This document shows, one piece after another, positions 10,001 through 20,575 of a stretch of DNA of 64,000 nucleotides. The notes beneath the pieces are model-generated. The model was given only the letters and a program-made list of their open reading frames with translations, was not told the DNA's origin and did not search any database. Both the position numbers and the translations under genes were made by a program. Within the stretch, counting starts at the first letter, position 1, and each line of letters starts with the position of its first letter. Origin of the DNA: Thermoanaerobaculia bacterium. Lineage in GTDB: Bacteria > Acidobacteriota > Thermoanaerobaculia > Multivoradales > JAIOJS01. The stretch is from assembly GCA_030429235.1 (NCBI GenBank), contig JAUIDB010000001.1:157696-221695 (forward strand). The letters run 5' to 3'.

Positions 10001-11938
10001 TCAGCCCTGCTGGTCGCTGTCCAGCAGGTCCCACGACTCGAGCAGGCCACGGTCGTATTCGACCCCGAGCTGGTCCTTGCGCTGGTTGATCAACGAGGTC
10101 AAGGTGGCCTGCAGCTGCTCCCGAACCATCTGGCGACGGATCTGCGGACGCTGCGTTTCGAACTCGTCACTCGAGAAGCGGCGACGCTGGGTCACCTGGT
10201 AGAGGATCGCCTTGTCTCCGACCAGGGTCGGCTCGCCGAGCGAGCCCTCTTCGGAAGCGAAGATCGCCTCCGAGAGTTCCGGGGCGGCGCCCAGCTGGGG
10301 GATGTTCGGTGCGGGGGCGAAGCTCGGACTGTCGACGATCTCCTGTCCTAGGGCCTCGGCGACGGCGGCGACTGGATCTTCGGCCTCGGCCGCAGCTTCG
10401 TAGGCCGCGACGACTCTCGCCAGAGCCAGGTCGGCGGCGCGCTGCTCGACCAGGTCGCGGCGAACCTGTCCCCTGACCTCGTCGAGCTCGGGTAGGTGTT
10501 CGGCGATGATTTCGGAAAGCTGCAGCACGACCCAACCCCGGCCGACCTGGGCCGGTTCGGTGAGGCCGTCGATGTCGAGGGCGAAGACCTGGGGATTGAG
10601 CGCCGGAGCGTTGCCGAGCGGGAGAATCGCACCCTCCTGTCGGAAGGGCCTGGTCTCGCCGATCTCGTAGGCGTCGTCGCTGGCGGCGATCTCATCGAAG
10701 CTACGCGGTGCCTCGCCGGTCAGTTCGGCGTGTAGCTCGCGGATCAGTTCCTCGGTTCGCGTGGCGGCGCGCTCCGCCGCCAGCCGGTTCTGGATCAGCT
10801 CAGTCACCTCTTCGAGCGGCCGCTGACGCTCCGGCTTGTGGTCCTGGACCTCGATGATGTGGAAGCCGAACTGCGTTTCCGTGGGCCCGATCAAGCTTCC
10901 GGCCTCGGCGCCGAAGACGGCCGTCTCGAACGGAGCGACCATCCGGCCGCGACCGAAGTACCCGAGGTCGCCGCCGCGAGTCTTGCTGCCCGGGTCGTCC
11001 GACAGCTCGCGAGCCACGGCCGCGAAGTCCTCGCCGGCCTCGATCCGTTCCCGGGTCGTCTGGGCCAGAGCCCGCGCCGCCTCCGGGCCGCGTTCGGCGT
11101 TGGCGATCAGGATGTGGCGGGCCTTGACCTGCTCCTGCTCGAAGTAGTCGGCTTCGTTCTCGGCGTAGAAGGCGGCGATCTCGTCGGCCGGAATCTCCAG
11201 ACTTTCGCGGACCGTGCGGCTGTTGACCAGCAGGAACCTGGCGGTGCGCTCCTCCGGCACGGTGTACTCCTCGCGCCGCGAGGCGAAGAACTCCTCGACC
11301 TCCTGTGGGGTGGGCTTCACCTCGCTCCGAAGCTGCGTCGCGGGCAGGGTGACGTAGCGAATCGAGGCACGCTCGACCTGGTCGCGATAGCGCTGTTCGA
11401 TCTCCCGCTCGGACACCGCGAGCGAGCTCTCGACGGTGGTGACGAACCGTTGCATCAACAGCTGCTCGCGGATCTCGGCCTCGAAGCTGTCGGGCGTGTA
11501 GTTATTGCGCCGCAGGAAACGATCGTAGGCTTCCTGACCGACGAAGCGGCCGCCGTCGTTGAACGCGGGCAGGTCGAGGATGTACCGCCGGAGTTCTTCG
11601 TCGCTCACCCGCAGGTCCATGCGGGCGGCCTCGGCCAGGAGGACCTTGCGGTCGATGACCTGGTTGAGAGCCTGCATCGGAAGCCGCATCTGCTCTGCCA
11701 ACTCCGGAGTGAACTGCTCACCCAGTCGGTTGCGCATGTCGGCTTCGAGGTTGCGGTGCTCGCGTTCGAGTTCGCGGTACGTCACCGACTGGTCCCCGAC
11801 CGTGGCGGCGGCCCGGTTCGGCTGGGCCCCTGGCATGCTGCCTCCGAAGTCGACGAAGACGAAGAGGATGAAGACGGCGATGACGGCCCACAGAATCCAG
11901 GCCAGGTATTTCATCGAATCGCGGAGAACTTTGAGCAT
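10001..11938 (-). CDS. ppiD: PpiD-like membrane-anchored parvulin chaperone (SurA N-domain + rotamase)
   Basis: N-terminal TM, ARHILI, SDDPGSKTRGGDLGYF, TQFGFHII; SD AAGGA upstream. Confidence 0.88.
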   Translation of the reverse strand: MLKVLRDSMKYLAWILWAVIAVFILFVFVDFGGSMPGAQPNRAAATVGDQSVTYRELEREHRNLEADMRNRLGEQFTPELAEQMRLPMQALNQVIDRKVLLAEAARMDLRVSDEELRRYILDLPAFNDGGRFVGQEAYDRFLRRNNYTPDSFEAEIREQLLMQRFVTTVESSLAVSEREIEQRYRDQVERASIRYVTLPATQLRSEVKPTPQEVEEFFASRREEYTVPEERTARFLLVNSRTVRESLEIPADEIAAFYAENEADYFEQEQVKARHILIANAERGPEAARALAQTTRERIEAGEDFAAVARELSDDPGSKTRGGDLGYFGRGRMVAPFETAVFGAEAGSLIGPTETQFGFHIIEVQDHKPERQRPLEEVTELIQNRLAAERAATRTEELIRELHAELTGEAPRSFDEIAASDDAYEIGETRPFRQEGAILPLGNAPALNPQVFALDIDGLTEPAQVGRGWVVLQLSEIIAEHLPELDEVRGQVRRDLVEQRAADLALARVVAAYEAAAEAEDPVAAVAEALGQEIVDSPSFAPAPNIPQLGAAPELSEAIFASEEGSLGEPTLVGDKAILYQVTQRRRFSSDEFETQRPQIRRQMVREQLQATLTSLINQRKDQLGVEYDRGLLESWDLLDSDQQG

Positions 11939-12128
11939 CGGTGGTTCCTTATGGCGGCGGGCACAGCGGTGCCCAGAGGGGACCCGGCACTCTAGCAGTC
12001 GCAAGGGGAGGTGGCAAGCCAGGCCGCGGGCAGTGGCAAGCCGACGGTGCCGGGGTGGCTGCTGCCTGATCCGAAGAAGAGGGCTCGATCTGGTACGATA
12101 ATCGTTCGTTCACGTCTGGAGACCGACC

Positions 12129-13562
12129 TTGCCGCAACTGGAAGACAAGCGCAGCGCCAAGCAGCGAGACTGGTACAAGGTCTCGGTCGACACCCTTCGC
12201 GGCTGGTTGATCTTCTTCGGGTTGCTCGGCCTGGCCGGAGCGGGATACTTCGGCCTGCAGTACGTCGAACGACAGGGCCTGCGGGACGAGGCCGCCCGAG
12301 TACTCGACGAGAGTGGAGTCCTGTTCCAGCAACTGCGGGGCGAGGTCGGCGGCGGCGCCTTCCTGGCGGAATACGAAGCAGCCTGGTCGGATCTCGAAGC
12401 GGCGCGCCAGTACTTCGGCGAACGCCACTACCGCAGCGCGTTGGATCTCGGTCGGAGGAGTCGGGACGTCCTGCTGTCGATCCGAGATGCCGCCCGCGAA
12501 GGCGATGGGGGCGGCGAGGCCGAGTTCATCGCCGTGCAAGGCAGGGTCGAGTATCGCCGGGGCGAGCGAGGCCAGTGGCGAGCCGCTCGCAGCCGGCAGA
12601 GCCTCGACTCCGGTGACTACGTCAAGACCTCGGACGGCGGCTCGGCGGAGATCATGTTCGAAGACGGGACGCTGTACACGGTGCGACCGAACACCCTGTT
12701 CCTGGTCAGCCGATCGTCGGCCTCGGCCACCGGGCAGCAGACGATCTCCCTCGAGTACGGCTGGGTGAACCTCAATACCGCACGGCGGCCCAACCGGGTG
12801 GAGACGCCAGCTTCGGAGGCGCGCGTCCAGGACGACTCACAAGCGGTGGTGGCGTACGACGAAGTGGGACGTCAGGCCCGGGTCACGGCGTTTCGGGGCT
12901 CGGTCGAGGTGCGCTCGGGGGGCGAGACCCGCCAGTTGCAGGCGCTACAGACGGTGGCTGGGAGCAGCGAGGGGCTGGCCGACACCGAAGACCTGCCGCC
13001 GGCGCCGCTGCTGTTGACTCCCGGCGAAAACCAGGACTTCGACATCGATTCGCGTCAGGAGATGCTGATGAGCTGGCAGGCGGTGCGGGGTGCCGACCGC
13101 TATGCCCTCCAGGTATCGCGCAACCGACTCTTCGTGGACAACATCATCGACGTGGGGGATCGGGGGAGCGTCGAAGCTACCGTCGGCATGCGCGGCGAGG
13201 GGAGCTTTTTCTGGCGGGTTGCCGCGATCGGCGCCTCCGGGGTACAGGGACCGTGGAGTACTCCCTCGCGGTTTCGAGTGGCCTCCCTGAGTGGCGGCCA
13301 GGGGGAGGAGGATCGCGAGCCACCCGAGGTGTCGATCGACGACATCCAGGCCTACGGCAGCATCTTCATCGTGCGGGGAGCTACCGAGCCCGGGGCGGCG
13401 GTCCGGGTCAACACCGACTCGGTCGTGGTCGAGGCGGACGGGACCTTCACCAAGACCATCCAGCTGGTGCAGGCGGGCTGGGACTTCATCGAGGTCGAAG
13501 CGGTGGACTCCTCGGGCAACGAGGCGATCGCCCGACGTCGCGTCTACGTCTACGGTCTCTGA
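12129..13562 (+). CDS. Membrane-anchored FecR-domain protein with FN3/Ig-like C-terminal domains
   Basis: Single TM; GDYVKTSDGGSAEIMFEDGT (FecR-like); YALQVS..FFWRVAAI..GPWS (FN3-like); GATEPGA..V..DG.F (Ig-like). Confidence 0.7.
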   Translation: MPQLEDKRSAKQRDWYKVSVDTLRGWLIFFGLLGLAGAGYFGLQYVERQGLRDEAARVLDESGVLFQQLRGEVGGGAFLAEYEAAWSDLEAARQYFGERHYRSALDLGRRSRDVLLSIRDAAREGDGGGEAEFIAVQGRVEYRRGERGQWRAARSRQSLDSGDYVKTSDGGSAEIMFEDGTLYTVRPNTLFLVSRSSASATGQQTISLEYGWVNLNTARRPNRVETPASEARVQDDSQAVVAYDEVGRQARVTAFRGSVEVRSGGETRQLQALQTVAGSSEGLADTEDLPPAPLLLTPGENQDFDIDSRQEMLMSWQAVRGADRYALQVSRNRLFVDNIIDVGDRGSVEATVGMRGEGSFFWRVAAIGASGVQGPWSTPSRFRVASLSGGQGEEDREPPEVSIDDIQAYGSIFIVRGATEPGAAVRVNTDSVVVEADGTFTKTIQLVQAGWDFIEVEAVDSSGNEAIARRRVYVYGL

Positions 13563-13706
13563 CCTGCGGCCGAGTCGGGGCTGGCACTAGCGGCCCCGGT
13601 TCCATAGACTTGCACGCTGCGCGCCACCGTTCGATCGGTGGTCGATCCACGCAGACTCCGCCCTCCGCGCCGACGTCCGGCCGTTCGCCCACCCAGAGGT
13701 TCGTCC

Positions 13707-14732
13707 ATGCCCATAGGCTCCATACTCCGCTACTTTTCCAACGATCTGGCGATCGATCTCGGTACCGCCAACACGCTCGTTTTTGGTCGCAACAAGGGGA
13801 TCGTGGTGCGCGAGCCTTCGGTGGTGGTCATCAACAAGCTGACCAACAAGGTGGAAGCGGTCGGGGCCGAAGCCAAGGAGATGTTGGGTCGGACCCCCGG
13901 CAACATCGAGCCCATCCGACCGATGAAGGATGGTGTGATCGCCGACTTCGAAGTGACCGAGAAGATGCTGGACCACTTCATCCGCAAGGCCCATGGTGGC
14001 CGTCGCCTGGTGCGCCCGCGGATCGTCATCGGCGTCCCGTCCGAGATCACTCAAGTGGAGAAGCGAGCGGTACGCGACTCGGCCGAGCGCGCTGGGGCTT
14101 CGGAGGTCTTCCTGGTCGAGCAGGCGATGATGGCGGCGATCGGGGCAGGCCTGCCGATCACCGAGCCGTCGGGCAACATGATCGTCGACATCGGAGGTGG
14201 AACGACCGACGTGGCCGTCATCTCTCTGGCCGGCACGGTCTACAGTCGCTCGGTCCGCGTCGCTGGTAACGAGATGGACGATGCGGTCATCCAGTTCCTG
14301 AAGCGCAAGTACAACCTGTTGATCGGCGAACGCACCGCGGAGACGATCAAGTGGGAACTCGGCTCTGCCTACGAGCTCAAGGACCCTCTCAAGATGGAGA
14401 TCAAGGGTCGCGACCTGGTCGAGGGGGTTCCCAAGAACCTCGAGATCTCGGACGAGGAGATCCGGACCGCACTAGCGGAGCCGGTGTCGACGATCGTCAA
14501 CGCCGTGCGGCAAGCCCTCGAACGCACCCCTCCGGAGCTGTCAGCCGACATCATGGACCGGGGTATCGTGCTGTCGGGGGGAGGTGCTCTCTTGCGCAAC
14601 CTCGACCAGCGCCTGCGCGAAGAGACCGGGCTGCCGGTGGTGCTCGCCGAAGATCCGTTGGCGTCGGTGGTACTGGGTGCCGGTCGGGTTCTCGAGGACT
14701 TCGACCTGCTGCGGAAAGTCTCGATCGTCTAG
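13707..14732 (+). CDS. mreB: Rod shape-determining protein MreB
   Basis: IDLGTANT, EPSVV, DIGGGTTD, GGGALL. Confidence 0.98.
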   Translation: MPIGSILRYFSNDLAIDLGTANTLVFGRNKGIVVREPSVVVINKLTNKVEAVGAEAKEMLGRTPGNIEPIRPMKDGVIADFEVTEKMLDHFIRKAHGGRRLVRPRIVIGVPSEITQVEKRAVRDSAERAGASEVFLVEQAMMAAIGAGLPITEPSGNMIVDIGGGTTDVAVISLAGTVYSRSVRVAGNEMDDAVIQFLKRKYNLLIGERTAETIKWELGSAYELKDPLKMEIKGRDLVEGVPKNLEISDEEIRTALAEPVSTIVNAVRQALERTPPELSADIMDRGIVLSGGGALLRNLDQRLREETGLPVVLAEDPLASVVLGAGRVLEDFDLLRKVSIV

Positions 14733-14766
14733 CGATGGCGCTAGCCGGGCCAGCGAGCACGGACGA

Positions 14767-15606
14767 GTGAGCGGACGCCAAGCCCGTTGGCTTCTGGTCG
14801 TCCTGCTGATCGGCGAGTTCGTCGTCCTGTCGCGCCAACTGGCGACCACCGAGAGCGGCCCTTCGCTCCTCGAGCGGATGACGGTGCGGGCGCTGGGCCC
14901 GCTGGCCCACGCGGTGACCGGGGCCGAAGGCCAGCTTTCCGGTTTCGTCGAGCGCCGACGGCGGAGTCGAACCCTGCGCGAAGAGAACCGGCGACTGCAG
15001 CAGCGGGTCGCGGAGATGGAGCGTGAGCTCTTGCGGCGGCAGTCGGTGGAACTGGACTTCCAACGGCTGGCGGCCGCGGTGCGGTACTCGCGCGAGGCCA
15101 GTCGCGACCTCCAGGTCGGTGACGTGGTCTACCTCGATCACGCTTCGGCGCGGCGGTCGATTCTGGTAGCGATCGGGGGCGGCGCCGAGGTCGGCCAAAC
15201 CGTAGTCGATGCCTCGGGTGTCGTGGGTCGGGTGGTGGTCGCGAGTGGTCGCTACGCCAAGGTGCAGCTGGTGACGGATCCCGCCTCGGCGGTCGGCGCC
15301 ATGCTGGAGCGCAGCCGGCGTCAAGGCGTGGCCCGGGGGGCGGGGGCCGGAACGCTGCGTCTGGAGTACGTGCCGTCCACGGCCGAAGTTCGGGTCGGCG
15401 ACCGAGTCGTCAGCGCGGGGATCGACGGCATCTATCCCCGGGGTCTTCCTCTGGGCACGGTCGAGGAGGTCACGCCCGGCAACGACCTGTTCTTGCGGAT
15501 CCGCTTGCGGCCAGCCGTCGACTTCGGCCTGCTCGATACCGTGTACGTTCTGCCACCGGTGGAACGTCCCTTCGAAGAAGGAGGAGCCCCCGATGCTCTT
15601 CCTTAG
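14767..15606 (+). CDS. mreC: Rod shape-determining protein MreC
   Basis: TM + coiled coil LREENRRL + GVVGRV, GD.VVSAGIDGIYPRGL; follows mreB. Confidence 0.92.
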   Translation: MSGRQARWLLVVLLIGEFVVLSRQLATTESGPSLLERMTVRALGPLAHAVTGAEGQLSGFVERRRRSRTLREENRRLQQRVAEMERELLRRQSVELDFQRLAAAVRYSREASRDLQVGDVVYLDHASARRSILVAIGGGAEVGQTVVDASGVVGRVVVASGRYAKVQLVTDPASAVGAMLERSRRQGVARGAGAGTLRLEYVPSTAEVRVGDRVVSAGIDGIYPRGLPLGTVEEVTPGNDLFLRIRLRPAVDFGLLDTVYVLPPVERPFEEGGAPDALP

Positions 15607-16117
15607 GAGCGCGTTGGCGCTGCTCGTCGCGACCTTTCTGCAGATCGTTCTGCAACAACTCGGCAACCTCTGGGGCCGCGGCGTGGCCTCGGCGGTCGAT
15701 CTACTCCTGGTCGTCGTGGTCTGGATTGCCCTCGCCTCGGGACCGGGGGCCGGCCAGATCGTGGGGATGGTGGCTGGCTTCCTCGCCGATGGGTTGGCGG
15801 GAGGGCTCTACGGCTTGCAAGCGATCGCCAACACCGTCGTCGGGTACGGTGCCGCGGTGGTTCGGCAGCGAGTGGTTCTGCAACGCGGGGTTCTGATCCT
15901 CGTCTTTGCCGGTGCGGCCCTGGTCCAGCAGTTGGTCGTGGCCCTGTTGCAGTTCCTACTGGTCGCCGAGCCGGAGGTCGCCAGCCTGCCTTCGGTACTG
16001 GCTCGGGTCGTGGCCACCGCAGCCCTGGGGGCGCTGCTCCTCAGTCTCGAGGGGCGCGTCCAGAGTGGCTGGCGGGGGTGGCAACGGAGACGCCACTCGC
16101 GGCTGCGACTTCGCTGA
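15593..16117 (+). CDS. mreD: Rod shape-determining protein MreD
   Basis: Hydrophobic 174 aa, G..AGFLAD; position between mreC and mrdA. Confidence 0.88.
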   Translation: MLFLRSALALLVATFLQIVLQQLGNLWGRGVASAVDLLLVVVVWIALASGPGAGQIVGMVAGFLADGLAGGLYGLQAIANTVVGYGAAVVRQRVVLQRGVLILVFAGAALVQQLVVALLQFLLVAEPEVASLPSVLARVVATAALGALLLSLEGRVQSGWRGWQRRRHSRLRLR

Positions 16118-16152
16118 CCGATCCCCGTCGTCGGGTCGCATCGGCACAGGGT

Positions 16153-16158
16153 TAGACT
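16153..16158 (+). promoter_or_regulatory. Putative -10 TAGACT for leaderless mrdA
   Basis: 6 nt upstream of ATG 16165; no SD. Confidence 0.5.
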
Positions 16159-16164
16159 TGGCCG

Positions 16165-17958
16165 ATGGCGGTCGTCGTTCGGACCCGAGAACACCGGGAA
16201 GCGATGGTGGGGCGCGTTCAGCTCCTAGCCCTGCTCCTGGCGGGCGGAATGGTCTTCGTGTTGACCAGCTACTGGTTTGTGCAGGGAGTCCAGGGAGGAC
16301 AGTTCCGACAGTTGGCCGAGAACAACCGCCTGCGCGAGCTGGCGCTGCAAGCGCCCCGAGGAATCGTCGAGGACCGCGACGGACGGCCGCTGGCCGAGAA
16401 CATCCCGAGCTACAGCCTGCGCCTCGATCGCTCGGCGGTGGTGGACCTCGAAGAGAGCCTGGCGTTCGCCGCTCTGCAGCTCGACGAGAGTGTGGTCACC
16501 TTGCGCAGCCGGCTCGAGGCGGATCGCGACCACGCTCGCCGGACCGCACGCCTGGCCGGCGGGCTGACGCTCGAGCAGGTAGCACACTTCGAAGCCGTGG
16601 CCCTGGAGCACCCAGAGTTCGAGACGGGAGTCGAGGACCTCCGGATCTATCGCCACCGAGAACAGACAGCCCACGTTTTGGGGTACCTGGGCGAGGTCAA
16701 CGCCGAGGAGCTCGCCAACCCCGACCTGGGGGTCCAGAGTGGCGAGTTGGTGGGTCGGCGAGGGATCGAGCGACGCTATCAGAGCCACCTGCGGGGTGAA
16801 CGGGGCGAACGGGTCGTCATCGTCGACAATCGTGGCCGCCCGGTGGGGGAGTACGACGAAGAGCTGCCGCGCGCCGGACGGGACCTTCGTCTGACCCTGG
16901 ACCTCGATCTGCAGCAGACCGCGCACCAGGCGCTGCGGGACAAGGTCGGGGCGATCGTCGTACTCCAGCCGCGGACCGGCGAGGTCTTGGCCATGGTCTC
17001 GTCCCCCTCGTACGACCCCAACCTTTTTGCGCGCCGGCTCGATCCGGTGGCCTGGCAGACGTTGATCGATCACGCCGACCATCCCCTGCAGAACCGCGTG
17101 CTGCAGAGCGCCTATCCACCCGGATCGATCTTCAAGATCGTCATGGGGCTGGGGGGTTTGCAGGAGGGGATCGTCTCGGCTTCGGACCGCGTCTACTGTG
17201 GTGGCTCCAAGGAGTACTACGGCCGCCGGTTCCGCTGCTGGAAGAGATCGGGTCATGGCTGGGTAGACCTCCAGCGGGCCATCCAGTACTCGTGCGACAT
17301 CTACTTCTACGACCTCGGCCAGGAGATGGGGGTCGAGCGGATTGCCGAGCATGCCCGACGCTTCGGCCTCGGAGAGCCGACGGGCATCGACCTGCACGGT
17401 GAACGGAGTGGACTGGTGCCCTCTCTGCGGTGGAGCCGAGAGCAGCGTGGCCACCCCTGGTACCCCGGAGAGACGATCTCCCTGTCGATCGGTCAGGGGC
17501 CGATTCTCACCACACCGCTGCAGGTCGCCGTGTTGACCGCTGCCTCCGCGACTCAGGGCGTTCTTCCGGTGCCCTGGCTGGCGCAGCCCGGCGAGACCTC
17601 GCGGCCGTCGGCAGACTACGCGCGGTCCAGCTGGCAACTGATGAGCCAGGCACTGCTCGACGTCGTCGAGGGCAAGGACGGCACGGGGTCCGAGGTGCGG
17701 TTGGAGGGTCTCTCGATCGCTGGCAAGACCGGTACCGTCCAGGTGGTGACCCAGAGCACCTGGGTCCGTTCGGAGGATCTGCCTCTGGCCGAGCGGGACC
17801 ACGCTTGGTTCACTTCGTACGCCCCGGCCGAGGACCCTCGACTGGTCGTGGTGGTGTTCGTTGAGCATGGGGGGGCGGGCTCGAGGGCCGCCGCCCCGAT
17901 CGCACGAGAGATTTATGCGACGGCAGTCGAGAAGTATTCCGATCTCCGGGATCTTTAG
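16165..17958 (+). CDS. mrdA: Penicillin-binding protein 2
   Basis: SxxK (GSIFK), SCD, KTG; APRG..DRDG dimerisation domain. Confidence 0.95.
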   Translation: MAVVVRTREHREAMVGRVQLLALLLAGGMVFVLTSYWFVQGVQGGQFRQLAENNRLRELALQAPRGIVEDRDGRPLAENIPSYSLRLDRSAVVDLEESLAFAALQLDESVVTLRSRLEADRDHARRTARLAGGLTLEQVAHFEAVALEHPEFETGVEDLRIYRHREQTAHVLGYLGEVNAEELANPDLGVQSGELVGRRGIERRYQSHLRGERGERVVIVDNRGRPVGEYDEELPRAGRDLRLTLDLDLQQTAHQALRDKVGAIVVLQPRTGEVLAMVSSPSYDPNLFARRLDPVAWQTLIDHADHPLQNRVLQSAYPPGSIFKIVMGLGGLQEGIVSASDRVYCGGSKEYYGRRFRCWKRSGHGWVDLQRAIQYSCDIYFYDLGQEMGVERIAEHARRFGLGEPTGIDLHGERSGLVPSLRWSREQRGHPWYPGETISLSIGQGPILTTPLQVAVLTAASATQGVLPVPWLAQPGETSRPSADYARSSWQLMSQALLDVVEGKDGTGSEVRLEGLSIAGKTGTVQVVTQSTWVRSEDLPLAERDHAWFTSYAPAEDPRLVVVVFVEHGGAGSRAAAPIAREIYATAVEKYSDLRDL

Positions 17959-19066
17959 GCGCCCCGACACCGGCCCGATCGGCCGGCTGTCGACTGCCCG
18001 CTGGAGCGTACTGCTGTTCGCCCTGGCGCTGTCGGTGATCGGTCTGGTGACTGTGCGCAGTGCCGCTGCCGACCTGGCGGGTAGCTACCTGTCGCGCCAG
18101 GCGGTCTGGGTCGCTCTCGGACTGACGCTCTGCTTCATCATGCTGGTCTTCGACTACCAGCGCCTGGCCAGCCTGGCCCTGCCGATCTATCTCGGGGGCC
18201 TCGGACTGTTGGTGCTGGTGTTGATCCCCGGGGTCGGATTGGTCCGAGGGGGTGCCCGCAGTTGGCTGGGCATGGCGGGCTTCCAGATCCAGCCCTCGGA
18301 AGTGGCCAAGCTCACGACGGCGCTCTTTCTGGCTCGGTTTCTCGCCGGAGTGGCCGGCGAACGACTGCGAACCCGAGAGATTCTGCAAGCGGCCGCGATC
18401 GTGGCCCTACCGATGCTCCTCATCAAGCAGCAACCCGACCTCGGAAGTGCGGCCATGTTCGTGCCGATGTGGGCGGGCATGGTCTGGGTGGCCGGTGTTC
18501 GCTGGCAGTTCCTGGTCGGGGCCTTCCTACTCGCGCTGTGCGCCGGTGGTGCCATCTGGACCTTTGGGCTGCAGGACTACCAGCAGGAGCGGGTGTTGAC
18601 CTACCTGTCGCCGGAGCGAGATCCACACGGGGCGGGATACCAGGCCCGTCAGAGCAAGATCGCCGTCGGCTCGGGGGCGTTGAGTGGTCGCGGCTACGAA
18701 CAGGGGACCCAGAGCCAGCTCCGCTTCCTTCCCGCTCGACACACGGACTTCATCTTTGCGGTGTTGGCGGAAGAGTGGGGCTTCCTGGGGGTTTTCGTAA
18801 CGCTGTTCCTATACGGTCTCTTCTTCCTCAACGTAACGGAGGTGGCTGGTCGCGCCCGGGACCGACTCGGGATCCTCCTCGTCGTGGGCGTGGCTTCGAC
18901 CCTTGCCTTCCACGTGCTCTACAACACGGCGATGGTGATCGGGCGAGCACCCATCACCGGGATTCCGCTGCCGTTTCTATCCTACGGCGGCTCCTTCACC
19001 CTGTTCTGCTTTGCGGTGTGTGGGGTCGTGCTCAACGTCGACTATCGTCGCTACGTCAACCGTTGA
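17915..19066 (+). CDS. rodA: SEDS protein RodA (start uncertain)
   Basis: IQPSEVAK, QPDLG, HTDFIF, TGIPLPFLSYGGS. Confidence 0.95.
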   Translation: MRRQSRSIPISGIFRRPDTGPIGRLSTARWSVLLFALALSVIGLVTVRSAAADLAGSYLSRQAVWVALGLTLCFIMLVFDYQRLASLALPIYLGGLGLLVLVLIPGVGLVRGGARSWLGMAGFQIQPSEVAKLTTALFLARFLAGVAGERLRTREILQAAAIVALPMLLIKQQPDLGSAAMFVPMWAGMVWVAGVRWQFLVGAFLLALCAGGAIWTFGLQDYQQERVLTYLSPERDPHGAGYQARQSKIAVGSGALSGRGYEQGTQSQLRFLPARHTDFIFAVLAEEWGFLGVFVTLFLYGLFFLNVTEVAGRARDRLGILLVVGVASTLAFHVLYNTAMVIGRAPITGIPLPFLSYGGSFTLFCFAVCGVVLNVDYRRYVNR

Positions 19067-19111
19067 TGCGGGCGCTATGATCGGCCCGGTCCGGAAGACC
19101 CGAGACAGTCG

Positions 19112-20572
19112 ATGATGTTAACCAAGAAACTACTGGTCGAGCAGGACCCCTACCAGACGCGCGTGGCGGTGATCGAGGCGGACCGGGTGGCCGAGGTCTA
19201 CCACGAACCGGCGACGGGCGGAGGCCTCCGCGGTCAGGTTTTCAAGGGGCGCGTACACCGGGTTCTCCCCGGGATGCAGGCGGCCTTCGTCGACCTTGGG
19301 TTGGAGCGCGACGCCTTCCTCCACGTCGAGGACGTGCGCCCGCCCGGGGTACCGGAAGAGGCGACGATCGACGACCTGCTGAAGCCGGGGCAGGAGCTCG
19401 TAGTCCAGGTCGCAAAGGGCCCTCTGCCCAACAAGGGGGCTCGGGTATCGGCCCAGGTGACCCTTCCTGGACGCTTCCTCGTCTACCTGCCGTACGGCGA
19501 TCAGTCCGGAGTGTCTCGGCGCATCGAGGACGAGACGGAGCGCGAGCGACTGCGCCAGATCCTCGACCAACTCGATCCTCCAGGGAGATTCATCGCTCGG
19601 ACTGTGGCCGAGGGGGGGGGCGTGGCCGATCTCGAGGAGGATGCCAACCGTCTGCGAGCTAGCTGGGAACGACTCAGTCGGCGGGCCGAGTCGACGCATG
19701 CACCGGAGCTCCTGCACCGAGACCTCGGCGTTGCCCTCGGAGCCGTGCGCGACCTCTTCGACGATACCTTTGCCGCCCTCTGGGTGCAGGGCAACGAACT
19801 CGCGGCCGAGATCGAGGAGTTTTTGGGCACGATCGAGCCCGGGCTGCGGAGCCGCGTTCAGCGCTGGCAGGAGGAGCAGTCTCTACTTGCGGCGCACGGG
19901 GTCGACGACGCGATCGAAGCCGCCCTCCGCCCCCGGGTCTGGCTCAAGTCGGGTGGATACCTGGTGATCCAGCCGACCGAGGCGCTGGTGGCCATCGATG
20001 TGAACACCGGCCGCAACGTCGGCCGCCGGAGTCTCGGTGAGACCATCCTCCAGACCAACCTCGAGGCGGTCGCCGAAACAGCTCGCCAGATTCGGCTGCG
20101 CAACCTGTTTGGGATCGTCGTGCTCGACCTGATCGACATGGAGGAAGAGGAACATCGACAGCAGGTCTATGGCGCCCTCGAACAGGCGCTGTCCCGAGAC
20201 CGGGTCCGGACCCAGATTCTGTCGATCTCCGAGTTCGGTCTCATCGAGATGACGCGGAAGCGGTCGCGGCCGAGTCTCTACAGTTGGTTGACCCGCGACT
20301 GCGCGCACTGCCGGGGACAGGGCAGAGTCCAGGCACCGGAGTTCGTGGTCGATCGGTTGCGACGCCACCTGCTCGATCGTCGTCCCACCGGTTCGAGCGA
20401 CGAGTTGGTCGTCCGTTTGGAACCAGCCGTGGCGGCGGTGCTGCGCGGAACCCGCCGCGACGTGGTGGGCGAACTGGAGGCGGCGCTCGGCCGCCCCGTG
20501 CGCGTCGTCGCCGACGCGTCCGTGCCGGTGGATCGCTTCGAGCTCGACTACGACTTCCCCGGAGGGGGGTAG
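19112..20572 (+). CDS. rng: Rne/Rng family ribonuclease (RNase G size)
   Basis: VLPGMQAAFVD, IDVNTG, IRLRNL.GI..D.IDM, CxxC Zn link. Confidence 0.93.
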   Translation: MMLTKKLLVEQDPYQTRVAVIEADRVAEVYHEPATGGGLRGQVFKGRVHRVLPGMQAAFVDLGLERDAFLHVEDVRPPGVPEEATIDDLLKPGQELVVQVAKGPLPNKGARVSAQVTLPGRFLVYLPYGDQSGVSRRIEDETERERLRQILDQLDPPGRFIARTVAEGGGVADLEEDANRLRASWERLSRRAESTHAPELLHRDLGVALGAVRDLFDDTFAALWVQGNELAAEIEEFLGTIEPGLRSRVQRWQEEQSLLAAHGVDDAIEAALRPRVWLKSGGYLVIQPTEALVAIDVNTGRNVGRRSLGETILQTNLEAVAETARQIRLRNLFGIVVLDLIDMEEEEHRQQVYGALEQALSRDRVRTQILSISEFGLIEMTRKRSRPSLYSWLTRDCAHCRGQGRVQAPEFVVDRLRRHLLDRRPTGSSDELVVRLEPAVAAVLRGTRRDVVGELEAALGRPVRVVADASVPVDRFELDYDFPGGG

Positions 20573-20575
20573 AAC

